A stretch of DNA of 64,000 nucleotides from the NCBI GenBank assembly GCA_050575255.1, contig JBNZDD010013398.1:225360-289359 (forward strand), written 5' to 3'. The position numbers and the translations under genes are program-made. The number at the start of each line of letters is the position of its first letter. Position 1 is the stretch's first letter. Positions 1 through 10,295 of this stretch are shown one piece after another. The notes under the pieces were generated by a model that saw only the letters and a list, made by a program, of their open reading frames with translations, ran no database searches and was not told where the DNA came from. The DNA comes from Harriotta raleighana (lineage: Eukaryota).

Positions 1-421
1 GTTCTTGCACTGAGTACATGTGAAATGCTCATTTCAGTAACCCTGTCACACAGTCCAGATTTCATTCACAGTTTATATCTGTTCTTAGAGCAGAATCGCA
101 ATATTTACAAAAAATTGATTGACGCACATTTGGTCTTTTTATTGATACATGTTTGGCAATGTTTACATTTTTAATGCACAAAACATTTTATTCCTTGTGT
201 TTACTCTTCTATTTAGAAAAATATATATATTTATGAAGACACCTCACTTTTTTTGCATCGCTAATACTATGCATTATTCATTTGCGTGCTGAAATGTTCA
301 TCAACATGTCAAAATAAACTTAATAAAGAAAGTAAATTATTACAGATTGGCTGTTAGAATTTTTATTTCAGGGGTATAACAATCGAGCGTTTTGGTCGCT
401 CTAGGTCTAGGCAATGCACAA

Positions 422-491
422 TGCAGTTATTGCGCGAGATTCCTTGCATCGCTGTCTAGTAATAAGGTGCTGAAACCATGCCAGAGATGTC
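422..491 (+). promoter_or_regulatory. Degenerate Pcdh CSE promoter (unit 1, pseudogene)
   Basis: TGCAGTTATTG...GCATCGCTGTCTAGTAATAAG...GAGATG. CGCT box kept; CCAAT changed to GTAAT and GATC to GATG relative to the 15 other copies. Confidence 0.85.
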
Positions 492-721
492 TCACTCTCT
501 CTCATTTTCAGTCGCAGATAAGGAGAATCAAGAAAGAGAGAGAGAGTATCTGCTTTTGCACAGTGCTTGTCCGACCCTATTCAGAATGACAGAAGTCAGG
601 AATCTTTCGGAAAACATTCTACAATTTGATATGTTATCAGCAATGTTTTTAATGTCGATTTGAAATGAAATAAATTGCAGTTTTAGGTGTGCTCTCGTTT
701 CAAAATCTTATCTTGCAACAA

Positions 722-2930
722 ATGAGAAAATTAACAGCGACTGGATGTTGTGTTGGAAAGTCATCTACTCGGTCATTTGCTTGACGTCCCAGAGCTGATA
801 AGAAGACAAATTGGCTACTACATTCTCGAAGAACTCGAGTTTGGCGCCTTTGTTGGGAATGTTGTTGAGGATTTGTGTATGAACACTCCAGGACTACCAA
901 TAAGAAACTGTAGGTTGGTTTTTGAGGAAATATAAGAATATGTCGAGGTAAAAGTCAAACCTGGGTGGATATTTGAAAGTGCCGGTAGATAAGAACGGCG
1001 TAGACAAACACCTAACTGTTTACTTTAGTTTGAGAGAACGATGGAAAATACTTTCGAAATGCACAGCGTTCATGTGGAGATATTAGATATAAATGATAAT
1101 CCTCTGAGTTTTCGGAAGAACAACATTTCCTTGCAAATCCCTGCGTTAATAGGACCCGGAGCGCAATTCCCCCTGGGGAGCAAGGAAGTCCAAGACGAGG
1201 GAATGAATGGAACTAACACTTATCGGATAAATTCGTGTGGGCACTTTATCTTGCAAATCCAAAATGTAACTGGTGGTAGATAGGTGATCGGAATACGCTT
1301 ACAGAAGCCGTTAGACCATGAACTGAGTAGAGTGTATAGATTCAGTCTAACGAAAAACACGCTAGGCTGGTGATAAAGTTTAACGCTGATGAAGCCGATG
1401 AGGGACCTTATGGTGAGTTTAGATATTATTTTAGTAATGCTGCCACACAGAAAGTGTGAGTATTGTTAGATCCCTTACACTGGAAAGGTTAGTGCTCAGA
1501 GTTCATTAGATTTTGAAGAAACAAATGGCTAAGAAGTTAACTTGGACGGCTTAGTACATTACCCATGGCAGGATATTCTAATCTTGTTATTGCACTAATT
1601 GACGTGAACGGTATCGCTCCAATTATAAAGTTGATTTATCTATCCAGCACTACCTGGGAATGCGCTGTATCTGGAATTGTGACAACTACAATTATTGTAA
1701 CAGACAAAGATTCTGGGAAGAGTGGGCAAGTCCGATGCCCGATACCTATGAATGATCCGTTTAACCTTTATTCTGTGTTGGATAGTCAATCAAGCTTGGT
1801 CACAAGCAATATGCTGGACCGTGAATTATCCCAATTTTATAATATAACCTTATTTGCCTGGGATGCAGGCTACCACAATCTTATTTTACCACAAATAAAA
1901 CTATCCTGGTGTTCGTGCCTGGTATCAATGAGAACGCGACCCGGTTTGACCAGATCTCATACATTGCATATGTGATGGAGAACAATTCTTACATCTCTTA
2001 TGCCATCCTGGAGAATCAGACGAGGACTGGGTCATCATTTCCTTACCTAAGTATTGACTCAAAAAGTGGGAACGTTGTGCTCTTTTGAATACGAGCAGTT
2101 AAAAAATTTCAGCTCCAAGTCTAACACGGGATTCCGGGTCCCCACCAGTGAGCAGCAGCGCCTTAGCGAATGTGATTATCTTGGATCAAAATGACAACGC
2201 TGCCGAGGTGGTTTCTCCTGCAACCCGGAACGGATCAGCAACGATAGATCTGGTGCCACAGTCTGCATCTGCAAGCCACTTGGTGACCAAGGTAATGGCG
2301 ACTATGCTGATTCTGGTTAGACCGCACAACTTCCCTACGAGGTTATGAAAGCTATTGAACGCATCTCGGTCAGTAAAGGACTTGCCTCTGGAGAAAGCAG
2401 ATGAACACGATATTTGGTGGATCAGGATTTGACTGAGTAACTTTTGGATGTCAAGTAAAGGACAATGGACAACCAAGCCTCTCCACCAGCGTCGCCATGG
2501 TATTTGTAATCGTACCAATGCTTTCGTGACGACGCTGCAAACAGTGATCAACTGGAACATTCTGAGCATTTCTCTGAGCTGCATCTGCAACTGATTATCA
2601 CGTTTGCCATCAAATCGATTATATTTCTGATTACCCTAATGTTGCTTGTTGGCATCAAATGTCGCCAGGATGAGAACATTACGCACGGATACAACTCTGG
2701 ATTTTCTTGTTGCACAAGGGATTTGTTTGCCGGTTTTAATCGCAGATCCGCTCTAAAGGATACCCTAAATTATGCGGTATAAGTACTCCCATTCCTTACC
2801 TTTATTCCTGTAGATGTCCTCCACTATATGAGGTAACCGAAAGCGAATTTTATTGGAGTCGTACCGTTCAACTTTGGTACAAAATAACGCGAAAATAGTT
2901 GGTGCTAATGTGGATAACCCAGCGCTGAGG
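722..2930 (+). pseudogene. Heavily degraded clustered protocadherin pseudogene (unit 1, group A); ends approximate
   Basis: Cadherin fragments in several frames (RQIGYYILEELEFGAFVGNVVEDL; VEILDINDNPLSF; LIDVNGIAP; [11 protein letters not shown]), with many stops, frameshifts and internal deletions (~1325, ~1985). Confidence 0.9.
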
Positions 2931-3658
2931 GGATATGTACCGATGGCTTTCAATGGGCGAATTCTTCAAACTCAAATGACTTAATTGACAACACACTTTT
3001 TCTCTCTCGCAGAAATGATCCTGTCTTGATCTCGAAAACCTTGGTCTACATTGCAATTAGTGGTTGCAAGGAATCGTACGAATCGTGCAGGATATCGACA
3101 GGTTAAGTCCCCACTTTGTTAGATTTCGACTTGATAACTTTACATCTTACATCACTATTTCATGGATTGTCCTAAGTTAATGGCTAAGGAGATGCTGATT
3201 TTTTATAGATCCAAATGCACACCATTGTTTTGCCAGATGTGGATGGAATCTTTGGGCATGTAAAGCATCATTCATGCTCAAATAGATTGATGATGGGCTT
3301 ACTGGTACGGTTTCATACTTTCTTTATTTAATATAATCTAAAACGACATTGAATAGAGAAGCGTTTTGTTGTTTGAAGTATGGTCGAGTTTCAGTGGCCA
3401 ATCGCTGGTTTGCAACAAAATCAGTTTGTTTTTAGTAGGAAACCACAGACGGTTAGCAGCATTAAATACATTAGAACTTTATTACACATGTTCAAAATAA
3501 CATTAAATAATCAATCGTTTTAATGTCCATATGTACTTGTCAATGGTTTAATTGGAAGGTACTAACATATCATGTTTTGATGGTGTGATGTTCGTGCAAC
3601 AACAACCACAACAAAACTACACTTGGAGAGGTGCAGTACAACTTTAAGATTAGTTTAG

Positions 3659-3728
3659 TGCAATTAGTGGTCAAGCCTGCTCGTGTCGCTGTCTACCAAT
3701 GAGGAGCTTAGAGGGTGCGAGAGATCTA
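3659..3728 (+). promoter_or_regulatory. Pcdh CSE promoter (unit 2)
   Basis: TGCAA...GTGTCGCTGTCTACCAATGAG (3683-3703)...GAGATCTA. Confidence 0.9.
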
Positions 3729-3940
3729 CCCCCTTTTTCAGCCTCACAAAAGCCTGACCATATTCACAGAGGAAAGACAAACGTTTAAGCCGTGGTAATG
3801 TTCCGAACGATTCGAGTCGATTATTTTCAGATGTTGCGGTCTCATGTGGGTATTTATGAATCATTAACAAATGTGCTCTGTGGATTAGCAAAATTATTTT
3901 GGTGTTTAAGCTTTTTTGTAGTTTAAAAACCCACTTAAAG

Positions 3941-6365
3941 AGGCGAATGGACTCGGCTGCTGGGCGTCTTTCTTTTTCCTGATAACATTCCCAGATTTGG
4001 TTTTTGGACAAATTCGGTATGCGATTGTGGAAGAACTGAAACACGGCGCCTTTGTGGGGAATATTCCAGAAGATTTGGGATTAAAGGTGCAGGCCCTGAG
4101 GAATCGCAAATGCCGGCTGCTCTTCGCTAACAACAAACAATATTTGGCCATGAATCTGGATAATGGGATTTTATTTGTCAACGAAAGAATAGACAGAGAA
4201 GCGCTGTGCGGCCATAGCTCCGTGTGTTCCTTTGCCTTTGAGGTAAGGATGGAAAACGCTTTGGATATGTTTGGTTTTGAAGTGGAGGTTTTAGAAGTAA
4301 ACGACAATTCTCCCACGTTTCCGCAGAGCTCATTCTCCATACAATTCGCAGAGTACATTGCACTAGGAGCGCGCTTCCCTATCGAGAGGGCGCAAGATCC
4401 CGATGTGGGGACTAACACAGTCAGTACCTATCAGATCAGTTCAAACAAACATTTCGGGCTGAAAATGCAGACGAGAAGCGATGGGAAAATAGTGGCCGAG
4501 TTGTCCTTGAAGAAACCATTGGATCGAGAAAGACAGTCTGCTTTTAAACTGGTGCTAAGTGCCTTTGACGGTGGAAGTCCAGCGAGATCTGCTACAGCTC
4601 AGATCGTAATCACAGTATTTGACAGAAATGACAATATACCCATATTTGATCGTGAAATTGGTAGAGTACGTATGTTAGAAAACGCTTCCAAGGGTAGTTT
4701 TGTGACAAAAATTGAAGCTGAGGATTTGGATGAAGGAACAAATGCTGAGATAAAATATTCTCTCAGTGGTCACGCCACACAGGAAGACTAAGAATTATTT
4801 ACAATAGATTCGAAAACTGGAGATATCAGGGTTCAAGAAATATTGGATTATGAAAAAGCAAATGTGTTTGAACTTGATGTACAAGCGGTGGATAATGGTG
4901 CATTCGCCTTGACGGGGCGCTCGAAAGTTGTTGTTTCACCAATTGATGTGAATGGTAACGCCCCTGAGATCAAATTAACCTCAGTGTCCAGCACTGTGCG
5001 TGAAGATGCTGTACCAGGGACTGCGATAGCGATGATCAGTGTAACAGACAGGGATATTGGGAAAAATGCAGATGTTCAATGTCAGATCCCTATGGATCTT
5101 CCATTGAAACTGCAGAAACCTCAAATTAACAAATATAAGTTAATCACAAACTATAGGATGGACCGCGAAAAAGTAGAATTCTACAATATATCCATAACCG
5201 CCTGGGACTCGGGGTCTCCACAAGTCTCAACAAATAAAACTATCCTGGGGACAGTGCCTGATATCAATGACAACGCGCACCGGTTTGAACAGCCCTCATA
5301 AACCGCATATTTGATGGAGAATAACGCTCCGGGTGACGCCATTCTGTGAGTTAGAGCTTTGGATCTTGATTCAGGCCAGAATTCCTACGTCTGCTATTCC
5401 ATCCAGGAGAATCACATACAGGATCCGATGTCCTTTCCTTACATCAGCATTGATTCGAAAAGTGGGAACGTTTTCGCGATGCGATCCTTTGATTACGAGC
5501 AGCTCAAAAACTTTCAGCTCCAAGTCCAGGCGCGGGATTCCGGGTCCCCGCCACTGAGCAGCAGCGCCGCAGTCAATGTGATTATATTGGATCAAAATGA
5601 CAACGCTCCCGTGGTGGTTTGCCCTATAACCCGGAACGGATCAGCAGCGGTGGATCCGGTACCTCAGTCGGCAACAGCAGGATACGTGGTGACCAAGGTA
5701 GTGGCGACTGATGCTGATTCTGATCAGAACGCACGGCTTTCATACCAACTGCGTAAAGCTACTGATCCCTGTCTAATCAGTGTCCGACTCAAAATTGGAG
5801 ACATCAAGTTAATCCGAAGTGTATCGAGCCAGGATACCACCATCCAAACTCTCCTTATCATGGTAACTGACAACGGGCAGCCAAGCCTCTCCGCCACAGT
5901 GACTGTCGTATTTTCAATAGTTCCCAATGAAACAGAAAAATATTTTGAACGTAGCAATATTCTGGATCACTCTAAGAATTTTTCTGATTTGAATCTGTAC
6001 TTAATTGCTGCATTAGGATTAACCTCCTTGATATTCCTTTTGACCATAATGGTGCTAATTGTCATCAAATGCCGCCAAGATATTATCAATGGAGACGACG
6101 TTAATTTCTGCTGCTGCCGAATGAGTGATTCGGTGAATAGTTTCCCGCGGAGATCTGCACCAACAGAGCCGCTGAACGCGCTGAGATAAGAGATAGTGTC
6201 CCTGTTCCCAGTTCTTACAATTATAGATTCAGTCTTTCTCCAGATTCTGCCCAAACTGATTTTTTGTTTCTAAAAACCTATGCTCCAACCCGACCCCATA
6301 ACACACTCAGAATGTCTGAAAACAATGCGGTAAAAGAATTTGTCCAGAAAGATCACAGATATTGA
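3941..6365 (+). pseudogene. Full-length clustered protocadherin pseudogene (unit 2, group A)
   Basis: Start codon lost (AAGAGGCGAAT versus paralog AAGATGGCGAAT). In-frame stops at 4789, 5299 and 5347; frameshift near 6180; otherwise colinear EC1-EC6-TM-cytoplasmic sequence to the paralogous TGA at 6363-6365. Confidence 0.93.
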
Positions 6366-6715
6366 TTCACTCGCAGTAGTTGAATCATTTGGTCTAAGAA
6401 TCTAAACTGGATTGATATGGTAGCCGATAGAAACATTAGCTGTCAGATAGAAATTTTCAAAAACATTGTGAATACCATTAAATTACTGTCTTGGAGAAAA
6501 TGTTCCTCCAAATAAGGAACTTCTACAATTTTAAGAAAATAATTAATGTACGTTAGATAGCAGTAGGTTGCAGCATCACGATTAAAGTAAGAAAGTAATA
6601 TTAAATTAAAAAATTAAATGAATACTAAGTAGAATTTGAGAATTTTGAATGGAGTAGAACATAAAACGCATCGATCGTATGATATTTGTGCAAGCCAGCT
6701 TTAAGGAAATGTCAG

Positions 6716-6785
6716 TGCAGTTATTGGTCGGGGCTCTTAGTGTCGCTGTGTGCCAATAAGGAGCTGAAATGCAGTGAGAGATCTA
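6716..6785 (+). promoter_or_regulatory. Pcdh CSE promoter (unit 3)
   Basis: TGCAGTTATTGG...GTGTCGCTGTGTGCCAATAAG (6740-6760)...GAGATCTA. Confidence 0.9.
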
Positions 6786-7002
6786 CCCCCTTCCCTTCAC
6801 AAAGGACAGGCTACAATCAGAGGGAGGGAGAGAGAGAAGTACAGTCCCCGTGCTTGGCTTCTGGCTTCATACACAGAGCGAATGAGGCCGATTGATTCTG
6901 ATGTGCAAGTTGACCGATGTTTGCGTTCATCAACAAACCGCTTTTATATTGAAAAACAAAACAGTATTGGTGGAAACTGTGACGGAATTAACTCAGCCAA
7001 AG

Positions 7003-9429
7003 ATGGCGAATACACACAGCATTTGGGCGTCTTTCGCTTTCCTCATAATGGTATCGGGTTTAACGGCTGGACACGTTCAGTATTCAATTCCCGAGGAACT
7101 GGAACCCGGTGCCTTTGTAGGGAATATTGCTGAAGATTTGGGATTGAAGATTCGGGAGCTGGCCATTCGAAAATGTCGTTTGGTCTCTCACAATAAAATG
7201 CGATATTTAGAGGTGAATCTGGACAATGGGATTTTATTCGTAAACGAAAGAATCGACAGAGAACAGATTTGTGGACCAAGCTCGACCTGCTTCCTTTCCT
7301 TTGAGGTAACGATGGAAAACCCTTTACAAGTGCATGATTTTGAAGTCGAAATATTAGACGTAAACGACAATTCTCCTTCCTTTCCGAAGAGTTCATTTTC
7401 CATACAGATTGCAGAGTCGGTCGCTCCAGGCGCCCGTTTTCCTCTCGAGATGGCGCAAGATCCCGACGTGGGATTGAACACAGTAAACAATTACGAGATA
7501 AACACAAATGAACACTTCGGCCTAAAACAGCACACAAGAAGCGATGGAAAAAAAGTTGCGGAGTTATCCTTAGAGAAGCCTTTAGACCGCGAAAGACAGG
7601 CAAGCATTCAGCTGGTGTTGACAGCCTTTGATGATGGCCGACTGCAGAGATCCGGCACAGCTCAGATCCTCATTAATGTACTGGATGCCAATGATAACCC
7701 ACCCGTGTTTGACAGTGAGTTGTACGAAGCCAGATTGGTAGAGGATGCGCCACTGGGTACTTTAGTGACAACAGTTAAAGCCGGTGATTTAGACGAAGGA
7801 ACAAATGCGGAGGTAAGATATTCTTTCAGCAACTATGTCTCACAAACAGAGCGAGAATTGTTCGCTATAGAGCAAAACACTGGAGATATTCGACTGCAAG
7901 GGGCGCTGGATTTCGAAGAATCGCAGGTTTATGAACTGACTGTTCAAGCTGTAGACAATGGTGCGCCTGCAATGGCCGGACATTCCAAAGTTGTTGTCAC
8001 GTTGATTGATGTGAATGATAACAATCCTGAGATTAAACTCACATCAGTATCCAGTAAAGTGCGCGAGAACGCTGCACCGGGGACGGTGATAGGTGTGATC
8101 AGTGTGACAGACCGTGATTCGGGGAAAAACGGTGTGGTTCATTGTAAGATTAATGCGAATATTCCATTTAAGCTGCAGAAAAGTCGAGCAAACCTCTACA
8201 AGTTAGTCACAAGCCAAATGTTGGATCGTGAGAAGGTCCATGTATTTAACATCTCTATTTTAGCTTGGGACTCGGGATCTCCTCCTCTTTCATCTAATAA
8301 AACCCTGCAAGTGACCGTGTCTGATATCAATGACAACGCGCCCAGGTTTGACCAGCCCTCATACACCGCATATGTGATGGAGAATAACGCTCCGGGTGAC
8401 TCGATTCTATCAGTTACAGCTTTGGATCCCGATTCTGACCAGAATTCCTACGTCACCTATTCCATCCTGGAGAATCACATAAAGGATATAATCTCCTTTC
8501 CTTATATCAGCGTTGACTCCCAAAGTGGGAACGTTTACGCGCTGCGGTCCTTTGATTACGAGCAGCTCAAAAACTTTGAGCTCCAAGTCCAGGCGCGCGA
8601 TTCCGGGTCCCCGCCACTGAGCAGCAGCGCCGCAGTCACTGTGATTATATTGGATCAAAATGACAACGCTCCGGTGGTGGTTTCGCCTATAACCCGGAAC
8701 GGATCAGCAACGGTGGATCCGGTGCCTCATTCGGCAACAGCAGGATATTTGGTGACCAAGGTAATGGCGACTGATGCTGATTCTGGTCAGAATGCACGAC
8801 TTTCATACCAACTGCGTAAATCTACTAATCCAAGTCTTATTAACGTTGGTCTCAAAAGTGGAGTCATCAAGTTAATCCGAAGTGTATCGAGCCAGGATGC
8901 GACGACTCAAACCGTCCTTATCATGGTAACTGATAACGGGCAGCCAAGCCTCTCTGCTGCAGTGACTGTCGTATTTTCAATAGTTCCCAATGTAACAGAA
9001 AAATATTTTGAACGTAGTAATTTTCTGGAACACTCTAAGAATTTTTCTGATTTGAATCTGTATTTAATTGTTACATTGGCATCAACCTCCTTGATATTCC
9101 TTTTGACCATCATGGTGCTAATTGTCATCAAATGCCGCCAAGATAGTATCAATGGAGACGACTGTAATTTCTGCTGTTGCCGAATGAGAGATTCAAGGAA
9201 TAGTTTTATGCGTAGGTCTGCACCCAAAGAACCTCTGAACTATACTGGTGTTAGAGACAGTGTCCCTATACCTAGTTCTTACAATTATAGATTCAGTCTT
9301 TCTCCAGAATCTGCCAAAACCGATTTTTTATTTCTGAAAACCTACGCTCCAACCCTCCCCCATAATACACTCAAAATGTCTGATACCAATGCGGTAAAAG
9401 AATTTGGCCAGGAAAACAATAGATATTGA
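7003..9429 (+). CDS. Clustered protocadherin, single-exon type (unit 3, group A), ~808 aa
   Basis: Intact ORF from MANTHSIW: signal peptide, six EC repeats (DxNDN, LDRE, AxDxD), TM, YRFSLSPESAKTDFLFLK tail, own stop. An upstream in-frame ATG exists at 6901. Confidence 0.93.
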   Translation: MANTHSIWASFAFLIMVSGLTAGHVQYSIPEELEPGAFVGNIAEDLGLKIRELAIRKCRLVSHNKMRYLEVNLDNGILFVNERIDREQICGPSSTCFLSFEVTMENPLQVHDFEVEILDVNDNSPSFPKSSFSIQIAESVAPGARFPLEMAQDPDVGLNTVNNYEINTNEHFGLKQHTRSDGKKVAELSLEKPLDRERQASIQLVLTAFDDGRLQRSGTAQILINVLDANDNPPVFDSELYEARLVEDAPLGTLVTTVKAGDLDEGTNAEVRYSFSNYVSQTERELFAIEQNTGDIRLQGALDFEESQVYELTVQAVDNGAPAMAGHSKVVVTLIDVNDNNPEIKLTSVSSKVRENAAPGTVIGVISVTDRDSGKNGVVHCKINANIPFKLQKSRANLYKLVTSQMLDREKVHVFNISILAWDSGSPPLSSNKTLQVTVSDINDNAPRFDQPSYTAYVMENNAPGDSILSVTALDPDSDQNSYVTYSILENHIKDIISFPYISVDSQSGNVYALRSFDYEQLKNFELQVQARDSGSPPLSSSAAVTVIILDQNDNAPVVVSPITRNGSATVDPVPHSATAGYLVTKVMATDADSGQNARLSYQLRKSTNPSLINVGLKSGVIKLIRSVSSQDATTQTVLIMVTDNGQPSLSAAVTVVFSIVPNVTEKYFERSNFLEHSKNFSDLNLYLIVTLASTSLIFLLTIMVLIVIKCRQDSINGDDCNFCCCRMRDSRNSFMRRSAPKEPLNYTGVRDSVPIPSSYNYRFSLSPESAKTDFLFLKTYAPTLPHNTLKMSDTNAVKEFGQENNRY

Positions 9430-10008
9430 TTGACTCGCAGTAGTTTAATCATTTGGTGTAAGAACCGAAAGTCGACTCATATGACAGTCGATGGAATTTT
9501 TTTTAGACATAGTTTGGACCATTAAATTACTATCTTGGAGAAAATGTTCCTCCAAAGAATGAACTGTATCAATCAACACAGTGGAGACATGCAATGAGAA
9601 AATAATTATTATCAATACTAAGAGTAATACAATACGCAATACTATCTGATTGAAAATGACAGCATTGATATTCAAAGTGAGTTTCTTGGATTAAATATAT
9701 CACAGATTTTTGAAAATCAAGATGATGCACTTAATAATACCTAAAAGGAAGTGGGAAATGTATGAGTAACGCACGAAAAAGAAAATATTATTGTTTGAAG
9801 TGTAGGAAAATGCAACAATTTTAAGATCAAAATTAATATACCTTAGATGGTAATAGGTTTCCTCCACCACGATTAAAAGAAACAAAGTAATATAACTAAA
9901 ACAAACTTAATGAAATTCTACATCGAATTTGAGAATTTTGAGTGTAGTAGAGAATATAACTCATCGTTCGGACGATATTTGTGCAAGCCAGCTTTAAGGA
10001 AACGTCAG

Positions 10009-10078
10009 TGCAGTTATTGGTCGGGGCTCTTAGTGTCGCTGTGTGCCAATAAGGAGCTGAAACGCAGTGAGAGATCTA
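10009..10078 (+). promoter_or_regulatory. Pcdh CSE promoter (unit 4)
   Basis: Near-identical to the unit 3 promoter; GTGTCGCTGTGTGCCAATAAG at 10033-10053. Confidence 0.9.
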
Positions 10079-10295
10079 CCCCCTTCCCTTCACAAAGGAC
10101 AGGCTACAATCAGAGGGAGGGAAAGAGAGAAGAACAGTGCCCGTGCTTGGCTTCTGAATTAATGTACAGAGCGACTGAGGCCGAGTGATTTTGGTGTCCA
10201 AGTTGAACGATATTTGCGTTCATGAAAAAAACGGTTGTATTATGAAAAACAAAACAGCATTGGTGGAAACTGTGACGGAATTAACTCAGCCAAAG

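Noticed and set aside
8610-8636. CCACTGAGCAGCAGCGCC in EC5 as a possible exonic CTCF site
   Set aside because: Explained by coding constraint (PPLSSS), only a weak motif match, and not retained in most paralogs.
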